A stretch of 64,000 nucleotides of DNA from Epiperipatus broadwayi (taxonomy: Eukaryota; Animalia; Onychophora). Position 1 is the stretch's first letter. Each line of letters begins with the position of its first letter. The notes below the pieces were generated by a model, which searched no databases, was not told the DNA's origin, and was given only the letters and a program-made list of their open reading frames with translations. The DNA is taken from the NCBI GenBank assembly GCA_028023455.1, contig JAQFVV010000005.1, positions 9,300,001 to 9,364,000 of the forward strand. The letters run 5' to 3'. The translations under genes were made by a program, and so were the position numbers. Shown here piece by piece: positions 1 through 11,229 of the stretch.

Positions 1-476
1 AGTTCGGTGCAGGATAGCCTTTGATGGAAGTCACATAGATGCATTACAACATTTCATCAAAACTATAACGAGAATTAAAAAACAAGATGAAAGCCTGTCA
101 TCACATTCTGTATTTACTGAGACCTGGATGCTGCTTGAGCTCACTACACAGACTCCATAATGGAATAAATGCATTTTCACACCCATGAGACTCCACTAGT
201 CATCAACTGCACACAACAGCATATAGGCCAGCTTTTTGTCACTCACACCCATATTATTTACAGAAACAAATTTATGCAACAATGCAAAAGCACCCACCAT
301 TACTAGCACAAACAGCTCCATCAAACTCTCAAACTGTCATTGAAGATGATAGATTCTCCCAGTAACGGTGCAGAGACATCTGTTATCAAGTACAAGTGAT
401 ATAATTATTGAACAATTTGTTTTCCTGTATCAATGTAATTTCATAGGTTTTTTAAATAAAATTTCTTAGAACAACT

Positions 477-1381
477 AGCTAAATTATACTGAACTGCCAT
501 GTTAAAGTTTTAAAATTCATCAATTTTGAAGAATTTGTAACCTGGCTGCATTTGTGTCCTCAAAACCTCATAGGAATTGCTAGTGTACAATACTCTATTT
601 TGAATGAATTTTTTGCTGATTTTGTTATATTTAGCTAGAATGAGCTAAATTATACTGCACTGCTGTGTTAACGTTTTAAAATTCATCAATTTTGAATAAT
701 TTGTAACCTGGCTGCATTTTCATGCTCAAAACCCCATAGGAAAAAGCCAGTGTACAATACTATATTTTGAATTAATTTTTTGTGATTTTGTTATATTTAG
801 CTAGAACTAGCTAAATTATACTGAACTGTCATGTTAAAGTTTTAAAATTCATCAATTTTAAAGAATTTGTAACCTAGCTGCATTTGCATGCTCAAAACCC
901 AATAGGAAAAAGCTAGTGTACAATACTATATTTTGAATGAATTTTTTTGCTGATTTTGTTATATTTAGCTAGAACTAGCTAGTCAGTGACAGTTTAGTGG
1001 ATTCACTTTTTGGCTGATGCTATGACACATGAGAACTAGCTAAATTATACTGAACTGCCATGTTAACGTTTTAAAATAAATCAATTTTGAAGAATTTGTA
1101 ACATGGCTGCAATTGCATGCTAAAACCCCCATAGGAAAAAGCTAGTGTACAATACTATATTTTGAATGAATTTTTTGCTGATTGTGTTATATTTAGCTAG
1201 AACTAGCTAAATTATACTGAACTGCCATGTTAAAGTTTTAAAATTCATCAATTTTGAAGAATTTGTAACCTGGCTGCATTTGTATGCTAAAAACCTGATA
1301 GGAAAAAGCTAGTATACAATACTATACTTTGAATGACTTTTTTGCTGATTTTGTTATATTTAGCTAGAACTAGCTAAATTA
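477..1381. repeat. ~167-bp satellite, block 1 (~5.4 monomers)
   Basis: The monomer-junction motif AGCTAAATTATACTG (last copy cut after AGCTAAATTA) recurs at 477, 643, 809, 977/1038, 1205 and 1372 (period 166-168). Each junction carries the near-palindrome ATTTAGCTAG-AA-CTAGCTAAAT. Confidence 0.97.
982..1031. other. 50-bp foreign insertion in the satellite with an 11-bp flanking duplication
   Basis: Non-satellite sequence GTCAGTGACAG...GACACATG lies between two copies of AGAACTAGCTA (971-981 and 1032-1042). Confidence 0.85.
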
Positions 1382-2359
1382 AACTGTTTCAATAAGCATT
1401 GAACACATGCAAAGGCCAAAAAAAAAAATGGCATGTCTCTTCATTCTGTTCTTGCCATCTTGTATCAGAAAAGTCATATTCTCATTTTCAACTTAATACA
1501 GAAATATAGCTAAAACCAAATAATTCAAAAAATTCAACAAACAGATAGACCCCCTTCAATCAAAATATCCTGGCTTGATCAAATCATTGCAACCATCAGA
1601 AATAACTGTAGTCTAATTGATGTTCACCTCCAGAATAAAATAAAGCTCTCAGAAGCATATCATCTCATTAAACCTAACCTCATTACCATTGTTATTAAAC
1701 TAGGCATTTCCAACCATAAACTGATTGGTCTATTCAAACATTGGTCTTTGGAGCCAAAATTCCTTTACCTTCTAATCAAAACAAATCTTGATGCAATGCC
1801 AGTTAATTGGTTTCTAAGATGGAAACATTGTATTTCTAAAGTCGAGCCAACATGTCCAAACTGTGGAAAAGAGGAGACTTTCAATCACATAATCAAGACA
1901 TGTATGGGTCTAGGCAATATAAAATCAATAATTTATCAAAATGCCAATATGGATTATTACCAAATACTAAATTTTAAAAACTGTATACATCAAAGAGACA
2001 TCCCCAAAATAAGAATTTCAATTCTCATTATATATACTATCTGGTTAGTAAAGTGTAAAAAATACTACACTCAACCACAGCCAGACAAACACAATCTGTT
2101 TATAAGCACAATCAGCAAACTTAAAGAAAAGGATAGGAACCTATCAACAAAATTTATATATACTAATACTGGGAAACTTTTCCATAGCCCAGACTAACAA
2201 ACAGACATTTCATCAAGATGACATTTTTAAAGAAATAATATTGAACTTTATTTTTCAGCATGAATTTGTACTCTTTAATCATTTTTAACATTGTAACAAT
2301 GACATATTGTATTTTCACACTATAAATGTACCAATGTCTTGTAATCAAGTGTTTTGAGA
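1382..2359 (+). mobile_element. 5'-truncated non-LTR retrotransposon 3' fragment, L1/Tx1-like (C-terminal CCHC zinc knuckle of ORF2)
   Basis: ORF 1748-2197 contains CPNCGKEETFNHIIKTC (C-x2-C-x7-H-x4-C) followed by IIYTIWLVKC, as in L1/Tx1 ORF2 C-termini. It is flanked by a 14-bp direct repeat AACTAGCTAAATTA (1368-1381, 2360-2373). The clade call rests on motif recall. Confidence 0.75.
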
Positions 2360-2653
2360 AACTAGCTAAATTATACTAAACTGCTGTGTTAAAGTTCTAA
2401 AATTTTTCAATTTTGAAGAATTTGTAACCTGGCTGCATTTGCATGCTCAAAATACCATAGAAAAAACCTAGTGTACAATACTATATTTTGAATGAATTTT
2501 TTTGCAGATTGTTATATTTAGCTAGAACTAGCTAAATTTTACTGAACTGTCATGTTAAAGTTTTAAAATTCATCAATTTTGAAGAATTTGTAACCTGGCT
2601 GCATTTGCAAGCTTAAAAGCTTTTTGAAAATAGCTAGCATACAATACTATATT
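2360..2653. repeat. ~167-bp satellite, block 2 (~1.8 monomers)
   Basis: The same monomer resumes at AACTAGCTAAATTA 2360 and stops at ...ACAATACTATATT 2653. Confidence 0.95.
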
Positions 2654-4131
2654 ACACTCAAATACAAGCCTTTCACGCTAATTGTGCATATGCTTTGTGA
2701 GTGTCAATAATAAATGAATACTTTCTCACCAATACAAGATATAGTATTTATGCAGGAATAAAAGGAATCCTCTTATTCCTAAGACTCAAACGCTTATATA
2801 TGAGCAAATCTGAAGTACTGGCAAAGAAAGCATGATGATGGAACAGTCACTTTAAATTATTATATATAATATCTGAATGAATGATGTCGGTGAAATATTC
2901 TAGAATTTATTAAATGTCATTCCAACTGAAACTTAATAATATGTAAATAAGCATATATTTTATATAGCGTATGTAAACAATTGTATTAGTGTCAAATATC
3001 AGCCTTTCATGCTAATTGTGCATATGCTTTGTGAGTGTTAATAATAAATGAATACTTTCTCACCAATACAAGATATAGTATTTGTGCAGGAATAAAAGGA
3101 ATCCTCTTATTCCTACAACTCAAACGCTTATATATGAGCAAATCTGAAGTACTGGAAAAGAAAACATGATGATGGAACAGTCACTTTAAATTACTATATA
3201 TAATATCTGAATGAATGATGATGGTGAAACTTAATAATATGTAAATAAGCATTTATTTTATATAGGGTATGTAAACAATTGTATTAGTGTCAAATATCAG
3301 CCTTTCATTCTAATTGTGCATACGCTTTGCGAATGTTAATAAATGAATACTTTCTCACCAATACAAGATATAGTATTTATGCAGGAATAAAAGAAATCCT
3401 CTTATTCCTATGACTCAAATGCTTATATATGACCAAATCTGAAGTACTGGCAAAGAAAGCGTGATGATGTAACAGTCACTTTAAATTATTATATATAATA
3501 TCTGAATGAATGATGCCGATGAAATTGTCTAGAATATACTAAACATCATTCCAACTGAAACTTAATAATATGTAAATAAGCATTTATTTTATATAGCATA
3601 TGTAAACAATTGTATTAGTGTCAAATATCAGCCTTACATTCTAATTGTGCATACGCTTTGCGAATGTTAATAATAAATGAATACTTTCTCACCAATACAA
3701 GATATAGTATTTATGCAGGAATAAAAGAAATCCTCTTATTCCTATGACTCAAATGCTTATATATGACCAAATCTGAAGTACTGGCAACGAAAGCGTGATG
3801 ATGGAACAGTCACTTTAAATTATTATATATAATATCTGAATGAATGATGCCGATGAAATTGTCTAGAATATACTAAACATCATTCCAACTGAAACTTAAT
3901 AATATGTAAATAAGCATTTATTTTATATAGCATATGTAAACAATTGTATTACAGTCAAATATCAGCCTTTCACGCTAATTGTGCATACGCTTTGCGAGTG
4001 TTAATAATAAATGAATATTTTCTCACCAACACAAGATATAGTATTTATGTAGGAATAAAAGGAATCCTCTTATTCCTACAACTCAAACACTTATATATGC
4101 GCAAATCTGAAGTACTGGCAAAGAAAGTGTG
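2654..4131. repeat. Tandem array of a ~334-bp monomer (~4.5 copies) nested in the 167-bp satellite
   Basis: The anchor AGCCTT recurs at 2667, 3001, 3299, 3630 and 3964 (one copy has a ~35-bp deletion). ATATT is present at both junctions (2649-2653, 4132-4136), and the satellite resumes in register. Confidence 0.95.
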
Positions 4132-6173
4132 ATATTGTGAATGAATTTTTTTGCTGATGTTGTTATATTTAGCTTGAATTAGAGAAATTATACTGAACTG
4201 CCATATTAAAGTATTAAGATTCATCAATTTTGAGGAATTTGTAACCTGGCTGCATTTGCACGCTTAAAAGCCCATTGAAAATAGCTAGAATACAATACTA
4301 TATTGTGAATGAATTTTTTTGCCAATGTTGTTATATTTTGCTTGAACTAGCTAAATTGTACTGAACTGCCATGTTAAAGTATTAAGATTAATCAATTTTA
4401 AGAAATTTGTAACTGTGCTGCTTTTGCAAGCTTAAAATGCCATTGAAAAAAGCTAGTGTACAATACTATATTTTGAATAAATTTTTTGCTGATTTTGTTA
4501 TATTTAATTAGCACACGCCATATTATACTGAACTGCCATTTTAAAGTGTTAAGATTTATCAATTTGAGGAATTTGTAACCTGGCTCCATTTACAAGCTTA
4601 AAATACCATTGAAAAAAGCTATTGTATAATACTATATTTTGAATGAATTTTTTTTGTGATTTTTTTATATTTCACTAGAACTAGCTTAATTAAACCGAAC
4701 TGCCATGTTAAAGTTTTTAGATTAATCAATTCTGAGGAATTTGTAACCAGACTGCATTTTCAAGCTCAAAACTCCATTGAAAAAGCTAGTATACAATACT
4801 ATATTTTAAATGATTTTTTGTTTGATTTTGTTATATTTAGCAAGAACTAGCCAAATTATACTGAACTGCCATGTTAAAGTATTACAATTTATCAAGTTGG
4901 AAGATATTGTAACCTGACTGCTTTTGCAAGCTTAAAACTTCATTGACAGAAGCTAGTGTACAATACTATATTTTGAATAAATTTTTTTGTTGATTTTGTT
5001 ATATTTAGCTAGAACTAGCTAAATAATATTGAACTGCCATGTTAACATTTTAAGATCCATCAATTTTGAAGAATTTGTAACATCATTGCATTTGCAAGCT
5101 AAAAACCCATTGAAAGTAGCTTAAAACTTCATTGACAGAAGCTAGTGTACAATACTATATTTTGAATGAATTTTTTTGTTGATTTTGTTATATTTAGCTA
5201 GAACTAGCTAAATAATATTGAACTGCCATGTTAACATTTTAAGATCCATCAATTTTGAAGAATTTGTAACATCATTGCATTTGCAAGCTAAAAACCCATT
5301 GAAAGTAGCTACGGTACAATACTTTATTGTGAATGAATTTTTTTTTGCTGATTTTGTTATATTTAGCTAGAATTAGTAACCTGGCTGCATTTGCAACCTT
5401 AAAACCCAATTTAAAAAGCTAGTGTACAATACTATATTTTGAATAAATTTTTTTGATGATTCTGTTATATTTAGCTAGAACTAGCCAAATTATACTAAAC
5501 TGTCATGTTAAAGTAATAATAATCATCAAATTTGAGGAATTGTAACATGACTGCATTTGCAGCTTACAACCCCATTGAAATAAGCTAGTGTACAATACTA
5601 TATTTTGTATAATTTTTTTGCTGACTTTGTTATACTTAGTTAGAACTAGCTAAATTATACTGAACTGCCATGTTAAAGTATTAAGATTCGTCAATTTTGA
5701 GGAATTTGTAACCCAGCTGCACTTGCAAGCTTAAAAGCCCATTGAAAAAAGCTAGTGTACAATACTTTATTGTGAATATTTTTTTTTTGCTGATTTTGCT
5801 ATATTTAGCTAGAACTAGCTACATTTTACTGAACTGCCATTTTAATTGTGAATGAATTTTTTTGCTGATTTTGTTATATTTAGCTGGCAACAGCTAAATT
5901 ATACTGAACTGGTTTGTTAAAGTATTAAGGTTCATCAATTTTGAGGAATTTGTAACCTGGCTGAATTTGAAAGCTGAAAAGCCCATTATAAGAATGCTTG
6001 TGTACAATACTATATTGTGAATGAATTTTTCTGCTGATTTTGTTATCTTTAGTTAGAATTAGCTAAATTATACTGAACTGCCATGTTAAAGTATTAAGAT
6101 TCATCAATTTTGAGGAATTTATAACCTCACTGCATTTACAAGCTTAAAAGCCCATTAGAAGAATGCCAGTGTA
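4132..6173. repeat. ~167-bp satellite, block 3 (~12 monomers, more diverged variant)
   Basis: Same monomer with diagnostic AAGCTTAAAAGCCCATTGAAA and GTATTAAGATTCATC variants, plus several internal deletions and a 189-bp duplication. Confidence 0.95.
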
Positions 6174-6180
6174 AACAACT

Positions 6181-7700
6181 CTGTGTTTCAGGTCTTATTC
6201 TTCCAACTTTCATGTCTATTCTTTTTTCAATCCATATCACAAAAAAAATTAATTTTTTCAACTAACTTTTTCTAATTGCCCATGTCTCCATTCAATATAA
6301 AATAAAGCTTTAAACAAAAGATATGTCTCAAATCAACAGCATAACTTGCTATTTTTTTTAAAGTTATTTAACCCACTGCAATTCTCACTCTAATTTTTTT
6401 TATCAGTACTGAGTTCAATTATTTATTTCCCAAATACTTAAAAGCACTAATAAATATTAATAATAAATGAGAATAGTTATTCTAACTCCAAGACAAAAAA
6501 AACAATGTGACTAAAAAAGTCCTCTAGACATATGTTTTGTAATGATTATAAATACATCCACATATAAAACATTCTGTTCCATTTTAATTTCTTCAAAAAA
6601 AATTTATTTCTAACATACTTCACAATGGGTAATTTAATTGTAGCTCACCAAGGTATTCTATTTTCTGTCATATCTCATATCTTTTCAATGGAAACAATTC
6701 ATATTGCACTTCTTTTGAATCTCTTTAAGATAATATTTATAACATAGACAGGATTTACTTCTCCCATGAAAATCATGCTCAAGCTCCCCATAAAAACCCC
6801 CTTTTAGAAAATCTTGCTTTCTTCATTCATTTTATCTCCGATACAATGAAGGTGTGATTCTACAATATTCGATGCTATAATATCATATCCAGTAATTTGA
6901 AGTACATGTTGATTGTTTTTATGATTTTGTCATTGTATTTTTAAATTTTTACAAAGCAACCTTAAATTAAAAACTTCCTTATGCTTTATAGCATAACAAA
7001 TAAGTGTCAAATCTTACTTCCTTATAATAAATTAGGTAAAATAATAGCTTTATATACAATTAAACATAGATGCTATAGTTATTTTCCTGGCATAAAATTT
7101 TTTGTCATGTTAAGAGCAGTAGCAACACATTGGATTTGTGTTGCATGCTAACATCTAAGTATTCATTTCTATTTTTAAATCTACCAATGTGTTTAAATTA
7201 GATAACATTTAACATTGATTGATGGTGAATATAATTGTTGAACATTAATTAATAGATGGAAGTCTTTACATGTTTTGTAAATTATCTTTTGAATTGGAAA
7301 AAGTAACACAATCATCACATTATAAATCCACAACTCCAAAGGATGAACATACTCTTTTTAATTGATTCAAATTAAAAATTCCACCAATAAATCTTTATCC
7401 TATCTTAATGCATGTTTTATTATGCTATATTTAAACTATTCCAAAGACTATTGTCATAAAAATTGAAAACAATATTGAAGTAAGACTATATTTGCATTTA
7501 ATACCGGTTTTCATTTCAAATGCCTCAAATTTTCCACCTGTAGTAATAACACTTCTATTTATTCCATCAGATAAAAACTGAATAATACAAATCAATTTTT
7601 GTGGACTATCATCAAATTTTCAAACAATGCTATAAACCGGTCTTATTAATTTAATCAAATGTTTTGTCAAATTAATAAAAGCAATAGATCATTCATTTGT
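6181..7700 (-). mobile_element. Degenerate RTE-clade LINE, reverse transcriptase region
   Basis: Minus-strand translation with stops and frameshifts gives IAFINLTK...KFDDSPQKLICIIQFLSDG, then GGKFEAFEMKTGIKCKYSLTSILFSIF...RFIGGIFNLNQLK...DL*CDDCVTFSNSKDNLQ. This matches the RTE pattern (GKLFNL insertion before YADD). Confidence 0.85.
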
Positions 7701-7880
7701 TCCTAGTACTTTTTTGCATTTACCTGGCAACTTAAATAACTAACTTGTTCTATAACTTTGGGTCCAATATTTATTCTTATTATTTTCTTCTTTCTACTTA
7801 CTTTTGTTACTTCTGTTTTATTGGAATTTTATATTTTTCTCAAATTTTCTCCAAACTTTTTCAATCTCATATAACATTTT

Positions 7881-7926
7881 ATCAACTGATGAGTGCTGGT
7901 TCAGCATGAAATATGTACATTGGTGA
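7881..7926 (+). ncRNA. Minimal type I hammerhead ribozyme motif (cleavage triplet probably mutated)
   Basis: ATCAA-CTGATGA-GTGCTG gtt CAGCAT-GAAA-TATGTAC-A-TTGGTGA. Both core boxes are intact, helix II has 6 bp, helix I is ATCAA/TTGGT and helix III is near-palindromic. Position 16.1 reads C rather than U in the best register. Confidence 0.65.
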
Positions 7927-8094
7927 TTATTTATCTTTTCTGTATGTGTGTGCTTATGTGTATTAGTAGTATGAGATAGTGTGGATGGTAGAAGTGGCTT
8001 GAAAGTCTGAGTTCAAATCCCTTATACTTATCAAATATAGGAACAATGCATACTACTAATGGAAATCGATATAAAATATTTGAAACATCCCATA

Positions 8095-8190
8095 GGTATA
8101 TTATTCCAGCCACATTCCTTCTTTAAATAAAAAAAAGCTTGAATTTTATCATTCTTTATTTAAAGGGGGAGTGTGGCTTAAATAATATAG
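8095..8190. repeat. Imperfect inverted repeat (~40-bp arms)
   Basis: AGCCACATTCCTTCTTTAAATAAA pairs with TTTATTTAAAGGGGGAGTGTGGCT, with weaker pairing extending outward. Confidence 0.6.
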
Positions 8191-8257
8191 CCATGGTGTA
8201 TTCAAATATTTTATATTATTATATTTAACAGGTATTTGGGTGCAAATATATATTATA

Positions 8258-8452
8258 GTATATGGAGTTTTCCATTAATAATTATTTAATAAGAGAGCTT
8301 TTGCTTAGTCAATAATCAATCAAGATTAGCTGCCCCAAGTAAATGAAGAGAGTAAAACCGTCAGTGCCAATGCAGTCACTTAATCTTGATTGCCTATTAC
8401 CTAATCAAGAACTTTCTAATTAATTAATTATAAATGAGAAACTCCACTTACT
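8258..8452. mobile_element. MITE-like foldback element (~75-bp arms)
   Basis: GTATATGGAGTTTTCCATTAATAATT...CAATCAAGATTAG matches the reverse complement of TAATCTTGATTG...TAAATGAGAAACTCCACTTAC at roughly 80% identity by eye. Confidence 0.65.
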
Positions 8453-9263
8453 AAAATATTCCCATATATATAAATTAAATAATGTAGAAGACATACAATA
8501 TATCACTTTGCACTTCTTCCTATATTTCTTTTTTTAGTGAGAAGAAAGTTATCCATACCTATATCTTCTTATTTATATGCAAATTTCTCAATAGATATTC
8601 TTCTTTTCACTTGATACCTTTTTTCTTTCAATGTATCTGACAAAATATCCCAATTTAATTTAATGAATGCCTTTTCAAAATTAATTACCAAATATTAATT
8701 CCCTTTCTCTTCTCTTTAAAACAGTCAGCTTGTACAATCCAACTGTTTCACTTACCATATACTATAATAGTATTCTGTTATATATAAACACCACCAAATT
8801 TTTTATATCTTATTAATAATACCGTAAAAAACCTGCCTAAATTTAAACTTAAATAACGCCAATTATGTATCTGTATGTATATACTGACATATAGAAAGAA
8901 ATGTGCATTTATAAAGACATATATCTCTAAGATACACACATATATATTTTAATAATAATTAAATGAAAAGCAAGTTGTATGTCTAACTTGCTAGAAGATT
9001 AATGTTAATAGGATGACATTAAGATTTCTTTATTTTGAAATATTTATTAAATTAGTTATATTTGAAATTACATAATTCTGCATATATAAGTAGATTAAAA
9101 TGGTCGAGTTACATATATAACCAAATGATTTTCACAAATGTAAGATTTGTTTTTCTAGCCAAAGTGACGCCAGAAGAATTAATCTTTCCTGATATAAGTT
9201 TGACGAAATTTATATTTAGAATTAAAATTGGAATTAAAATAAAAGATTGCATAAATTACAGCA

Positions 9264-9523
9264 TGTCATGGAGGTTAATTTTACCTAATTAAAAGTTTGA
9301 CACAGCAGGCTTCCACAATTACTGGCAATAAGCAAACAAGCTAGGAAAACATGTCTAAGAAAATAATATAATGAAAGAGAAAGGGGTAGTGATATATAAG
9401 CTATGGCAGCCATTTTAGGGGCATTCAGATTCATTATAATTTGTTAGTAAAGTACTGAAGAGATTTAATAATTATCATGTCGGGGTAAGAGACCCAAAAT
9501 CTTGTCTTTCCGCCCCGATGAGA
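9264..9523 (+). mobile_element. Possible solo LTR
   Basis: TGTCAT...ATGAGA termini (one mismatch from an inverted repeat), TATATAAG followed by AGTAAA, and a GC-rich hairpin near the 3' end. No TSD was found. Confidence 0.3.
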
Positions 9524-10780
9524 GGCTACCTGATGCCAAAAAAGATCAAGAAACAGCCGTAACCAGCTAAAGATGTCCTAAGACCAAAAGATAACCAGCC
9601 AGCAGAGAAGAGAAAATAATGGTAATCATTCCTTCAAATTTAAATCTTCAGCTAAACTCAAATCTAAAATGCTAGCTAATTCTAAAGTAATGGCCATAAT
9701 AATTATAATAATAATGTAAACAAGCATCTATTTTTATAGCGCGATGTTTATAATTGTAATTCACTAAATATCAGCCTTTTACAGCTACTGTACATGCGCT
9801 TTAATGAGTGTTAAATAATAAATGAATACTTTTCAGTGCCCATACAAGATATAGCATTTAAGAAAGAATAAAATGAATCCACTTATTCTTTCCGAACCCA
9901 AATGTTTATATATGGGCAAATCTTAAGTACTGGCAAATAAAGCGTGAAGATAGATCATTCACTTTAAATTACGGTTCGCGTTGTCTGACTTAATGACATC
10001 GACAAAATTACTTAGAATTTACTTAAACGTCACTTTCAAATGAAACTCAAACATATGTAAACAAGCATCTATTTTTATAGCGCGATGTTTATAATTGTAA
10101 TTCACTAAATATCAGCCTTTTACAGCTACTGTACATGCGCTTTAATGAGTGTTAAATAATAAATGAATACTTTTCAGTGCCCATACAAGATATAGCATTT
10201 AAGAAAGAATAAAATGAATCCACTTATTCTTTCTGAACCCAAATGTTTATATATGGGCAAATCTTAAGTACTGGCAAATAAAGCGTGAAGATAGATCATT
10301 CACTTTAAATTATGGTTCGCGTTGTCTGACTTAATGACATCGATGAAATTACTTAGAATTTACTTAAACGTCACTTTCAAACAAAACTCAAACATATGTA
10401 AACAAGCATCTATTTTTATAGCGCGATGTTTATAATTGTAATTCACTAAATATCAGCCTTTTACAGCTACTGTACATGCGCTTTAATGAGTGTTAAATAA
10501 TAAATGAATACTTTTCAGTGCCCATACAAGATATAGCATTTAAGAAAGAATAAAATGCATCCACTTATTCTTTCCGAACCCAAATGTTTATATATGGGCA
10601 AATCTTAAGTAGTGACATTTAAGTAAATTCTAAGTAATTTCGTCGATGTCATTAAGTCAGACAATGCGAACCGTAATTTAAAGTGAATGATCTATCTTCA
10701 TGCTTTATTTGCCAGTACTTAAGATTTTCCCATATATAAACATTTGGGTTCAGGAAGAATAAGTGGATTCATTTTATTCT

Positions 10781-11229
10781 ATGGGGAAACTAAGGCCACT
10801 GTTCACAACAGAGCTGCTCAACACATGTATACCTATAGAAGAGCAAAAAAGAACAGTGATAACTTTTCAATATTTCTGGAACATGAAAAGCAGACTCGCC
10901 ATGTGTTCGAACCAGGCAACCCCAGGATTGTTTGCCCTGAAACCAACGACTGTAAAAGAAAGATCAAAGAGGCGTACTTTATTGTTTGCGACAACAATTC
11001 TATCAATAGACGCGACACATGTTTTTCCATTTCAAAAAAATGGTCAAACTGATTTGCATTTACATTTGCATATTTGTTATTTAATAACACTACGTAAAGA
11101 TTTATTACTTTCGTCGGCCATGAATATGAGGGCAAACCTCAAAAGCGCTTGGCCCATTTAATAGTTTTAAGCGAAATTTGTTTTGTTTATTTGGAAGCTT
11201 CTTCGTCAGCGAGTAAATCGTTTTTAGGC
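10781..11229 (+). mobile_element. Penelope-like element 3' fragment (GIY-YIG endonuclease C-terminus plus pseudo-LTR)
   Basis: YGETKATVHNRAAQH...FLEHEKQTRHVFEPGNPRIVCPETNDCKRKIKEAYFI...NSINRRD...ISKKW matches the PLE GIY-YIG C-terminal pattern and is followed by a hammerhead relic. It interrupts the inverted 341-bp copy, which resumes in register. Confidence 0.85.
11114..11156 (+). ncRNA. Degenerate minimal type I hammerhead in the Penelope pLTR (likely inactive)
   Basis: TCGGCC-ATGAATA-T-GAGG gcaaa CCTC-AAAA-GCGC-TT-GGCCCA. The helices are intact, including palindromic AGCGCT helix III. Three core positions deviate from CUGANGA/GAAA. Confidence 0.6.

Noticed and set aside
1-360. Possible LINE or RNase H relic (RIAFDGSHID...)
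   Set aside because: Only one weak motif, with several stops, and truncated by the window edge.
3500-3551. Hammerhead-like CTGAATGA...GAAA plus palindrome (ATATTCTAGAATAT) in the 334-nt monomer
   Set aside because: The core has an extra base, helices I and II cannot be formed in hammerhead topology, and the 341-nt subfamily does not conserve the core.
2654-4130. ACACT...AGTGT ends of the 334-bp array as CACTA-type TIRs
   Set aside because: Only 5 bp long, and out of register with the ATATT duplication.
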